A stretch of DNA of 64,000 nucleotides from Lingula anatina (taxonomy: Eukaryota > Animalia > Brachiopoda), in NCBI GenBank assembly GCA_051362555.1, contig CM120647.1, forward strand, positions 18,390,651 to 18,454,650. The letters are read 5' to 3'. Positions 61,067-64,000 of the stretch are shown here, one piece after another. A program made the position numbers and the translations under genes. Position 1 is the stretch's first letter, and every line of letters begins with the position of its first letter. The notes below the pieces were generated by a model. The model had not been told where the DNA came from and made no database searches. It worked only from the letters and a program-made list of their open reading frames with translations.

Positions 61067-64000
61067 ACTAGAGGATCAGAGAGGCGATACCGCCTCCAAA
61101 TATTGTACCACCAGCTGGAGCAAACGCATTCGTATAGACCCCCACATACACAAAATAAGGGACACAGCCACCAGTTTTGTGCATGACAAGCTGTAAAAAT
61201 GCAATCAACAAGAATTTTTTAACTATTGCAAAAAATATATATGGTACAATCAAATTTAAGTTCTTCGTAAGGTAGGTCAAGGGTCAATTTCAAGGTCACA
61301 GTAAATTGCCAGTATATGACTTCCTATTCAAGTTCAAGAGTAACTATGGACCTATCTCTGTCAAGTTTGAAGTTAAAAGAGAAAGAAATTAGCAGAGTTC
61401 AGTTCATGATAAAAAGTAGGTCAAAGGTCAATTTCAAGGTCACACTTAGATTGCCAGTATAGGACTTCCTATTCAACTTCAATAGTAACTATGGACCTAT
61501 CTCAGCCAGTTTTGGAGATAAAAGGGAAGCAAAATTTGCAAAATTCAGTTCATGGTGAAAAGTAGGTCAAAGGTCAATTTCAAGGTCACATTTAGATTGC
61601 CAGTATATGACTTTCTATTCAAGTTCAATAGTAACTATAGACCTATCTCTGCCAGTTTTGGAGATAAAAGGGAAGCAAAATTTGCAAAGTTCAGTTTATG
61701 GTGAAAAGTAGGACAAAGGTCAATTTTAATGTCACATTTATAATGCCAGTATATGACTTCCTATTCAAGTTCAATAGTAACTACGGACCTATCTCAGCCA
61801 GTTTTGGAGATAAAAAGAAAGCAAAATTTGCAAAATTCAGTTCATGGTGTAAAGTAGGTCAAAGGTCAATTTGAAGGTCACATTTAGATTGCCAGTATAT
61901 GACTTCCTTTTCAAGTTCAATAGTAACTATAGACCTATCTCAGCCAGTTTTGGAGATAAAAGGGAAGCAAAATTTGCAAAATTCAGTTCATGGTGTAAAG
62001 TAGGTCAAAGGTCAATTTAAAGGTCACATTTAGATTGTCAGTATATGACTTCCTTTTCAAGTTCAATAGTAACTATGGACCTATCTCTGCCAGTTTTGGA
62101 GATAAAAGGGCAGAAAAGTTTGCAAAGTTCAGTTCATGGTGAAAAGTAGGTCAAAGGTCAATTTCAAGGTCACATTTAGATTGCCAGTATATGACTTCCT
62201 ATTCAACTTCAATAGTAACTATAGACCTATCTCAGCCAGTTTTGGAGATAAAAGGGAAGCAAAATTTGCAAAATTCAGTTCATGGTGTGAAGTAGGTCAA
62301 AGGTCAATTTTAAGGTCACATTTAGATTGCCAGTATATGACTTCCTTTTCAAGTTCAATAGTAACTATGGACCTATCTCTGTCAGTTTTGGAGATAAAAG
62401 GGCAGAAAAGTTTTGCAAAGTTCAGTTCATGGTGAAAAGTAGGTCAAAGGTCAATTTCAAGGTCACATTTAGATTGCCAGTATATGACTTCCTATTCAAG
62501 TTCAATAGTAACTATGGACCTATCTCTGCCAGTTTTGGAGATAAAAGGGAAGCAAAATTTGCAAAGTTCAGTTTATGGTGAAAAGTAGGTCAAAGGTCAA
62601 TTTTAAGGTCACATTTAGATTGCCAGTATATGACTTCCTATTCAAGTTCAATAGTAACTACGGACCTATCTCAGCCAGTTTTGGAGATAAAAGGAAAGCA
62701 AAATTTGCAAAATTCAGTTCATGGTGAAAAGTAGGTCAAAGGTCAATTTTAAGGTCACATTTAGATTGCCAGTATATGACTTCCTATTCAAGTTCAATAG
62801 TAACTATGGACCTATCTCTGCCAGTTTTGGAGATAAAAGGGAAGCAAATTTTGCAAAGTTCAGTTTATGGTGAAAAGTAGGTCAAAGGTCAATTTTAAGG
62901 TCACATTTAGATTGCCAGTATATGACTTTCTATTCAATTCAATAGTAACTACGGACCTATCTCAGCCAGTTTTGGAGATAAAAGGAAAGCAAAATTTGCA
63001 AAATTCAGTGCATGGTGAAAAGTAGGTCAAAGGTCAATTTTAATGTCACATATAGATTGCCAGTATATGACTTCCTATTCAAGTTCAATAGTAACTACGG
63101 ACCTATCTCTGCCAGTTTTGGAGATAAAAGGAAAGCAAAATTTGCAAAATTCAGTTCATGGTGTAAAGTAGGTCAAAGGTCAATTTTAAGGTCACATTTA
63201 GATTGCCAGTATATGACTTCCTATTCAAGTTCAATAGTAACTATGGACCTATCTCTGCCAGTTTTGGAGATAAAAGGGAAGAAAAATTTGCAAAGTTCAG
63301 TTCATGGTGAAAAGTAGGTCAAAGGTCAATTTCAAGGTCATAGTAAGATTGCCAGTATAGGACTTCCTATTCAACTTCAATAGTAACTATGGACCTATCT
63401 CTGCCAGTTTTGGAGATATAAGGGACTAGATGTTATAATTTTGGAGTTACCATAATGTGCCTTAAATTTCGTACAGAAAAAATTAATTAAAATAAAGAAA
63501 ATGTCATTTTGGTCAAAATTCTTGAAATAGGAGGTGCTCTGAAGTTTCAGAAGTTCAAATTTGATGAAATAATGTCATTTTTGAACACAAGTTGTCTGCT
63601 TTGCCAAGCCTTATGTTTTATTTTTCCAGAGTTCAAAATTTATTATCCATTACCGTACTGCACATTTTGCTTTTACCACCAATATGTACTTTTTGATACA
63701 GCGTAACTCGAAAACCGTATGGAATACAAAAAAACGGAGACCACCATCAGTGTTGGGCTTTACATGCTCTACAAAATGCAAAAAAGAATGGGTCTCTAGC
63801 ATTAACGGTTCCCAAATTAGAGACAGTTTTCAGTTTCGGTATCTTATGGCCGCTACTCCCGTGAAAATGCACCGATTGACCCCAAATTCATGGAGATGAA
63901 AGATGACCTGAAGGGTAACACTTTCCAATAATATTATTGGTTAAGTCTGTGTGGTGTCTGAATAACAGGGCAAAAAAAATTTTTTTCGTAAAAAATTTCA
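61067..64000 (-). mobile_element. Non-autonomous Helitron/Helentron (HINE-type) element, copy 2, in an SLC18B1 intron; runs off the window
   Basis: Same terminus ACTAGAGGATCAGAGAGGCGATACCGCCTC and subTIR ATTGTACCACCAGC (61102-61115) as copy 1. Sequence 63430-64000 aligns with ~1900-2470. Confidence 0.85.
61270..63428. repeat. Tandem array of ~15 units of 146 bp
   Basis: Anchor TTGCCAGTAT from 61306 to 63349 spans 14 periods of ~146 bp. Same monomer as 1055-1897. Confidence 0.95.

Noticed and set aside
61270-63428. Regular repeat array as a possible CRISPR array
   Set aside because: Units are contiguous 146-bp near-identical monomers with no unique spacers, there are no cas genes, and the context is eukaryotic.

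Overview
AT-rich, intron-rich animal genomic DNA. It is an invertebrate, and a mollusc or other lophotrochozoan is my inference from the repeat types. Six spliced host genes were reconstructed by hand: GOSR2 (-), a Schlafen/AlbA_2-domain gene ending in a CaaX box (+), VPS11 (-), an uncharacterised coiled-coil gene with a U12 AT-AC intron and duplicated alternative last exons (+), a C2H2 zinc-finger gene (-), and the 3' part of an SLC18B1-like MFS transporter (-). The most striking object is a very young 7.5-kb Ty3/gypsy LTR element (32199-39742, -). It has 552-bp LTRs differing at one base, an AGGG target duplication, an intact pol reached by a UUUAAAC -1 frameshift and an intact F-type fusion-glycoprotein env. 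Its gag has no capsid domain: the PBS runs directly into the nucleocapsid end. Also present are two Helentron-type non-autonomous elements carrying 146-bp tandem arrays of nuclear-receptor DR1 motifs, a decayed ISL2EU transposon (THAP + YqaJ), a Penelope-type minimal hammerhead ribozyme, several MITEs, and repeated short copies of exon sequence inside neighbouring introns. All calls are by eye, with no database search.
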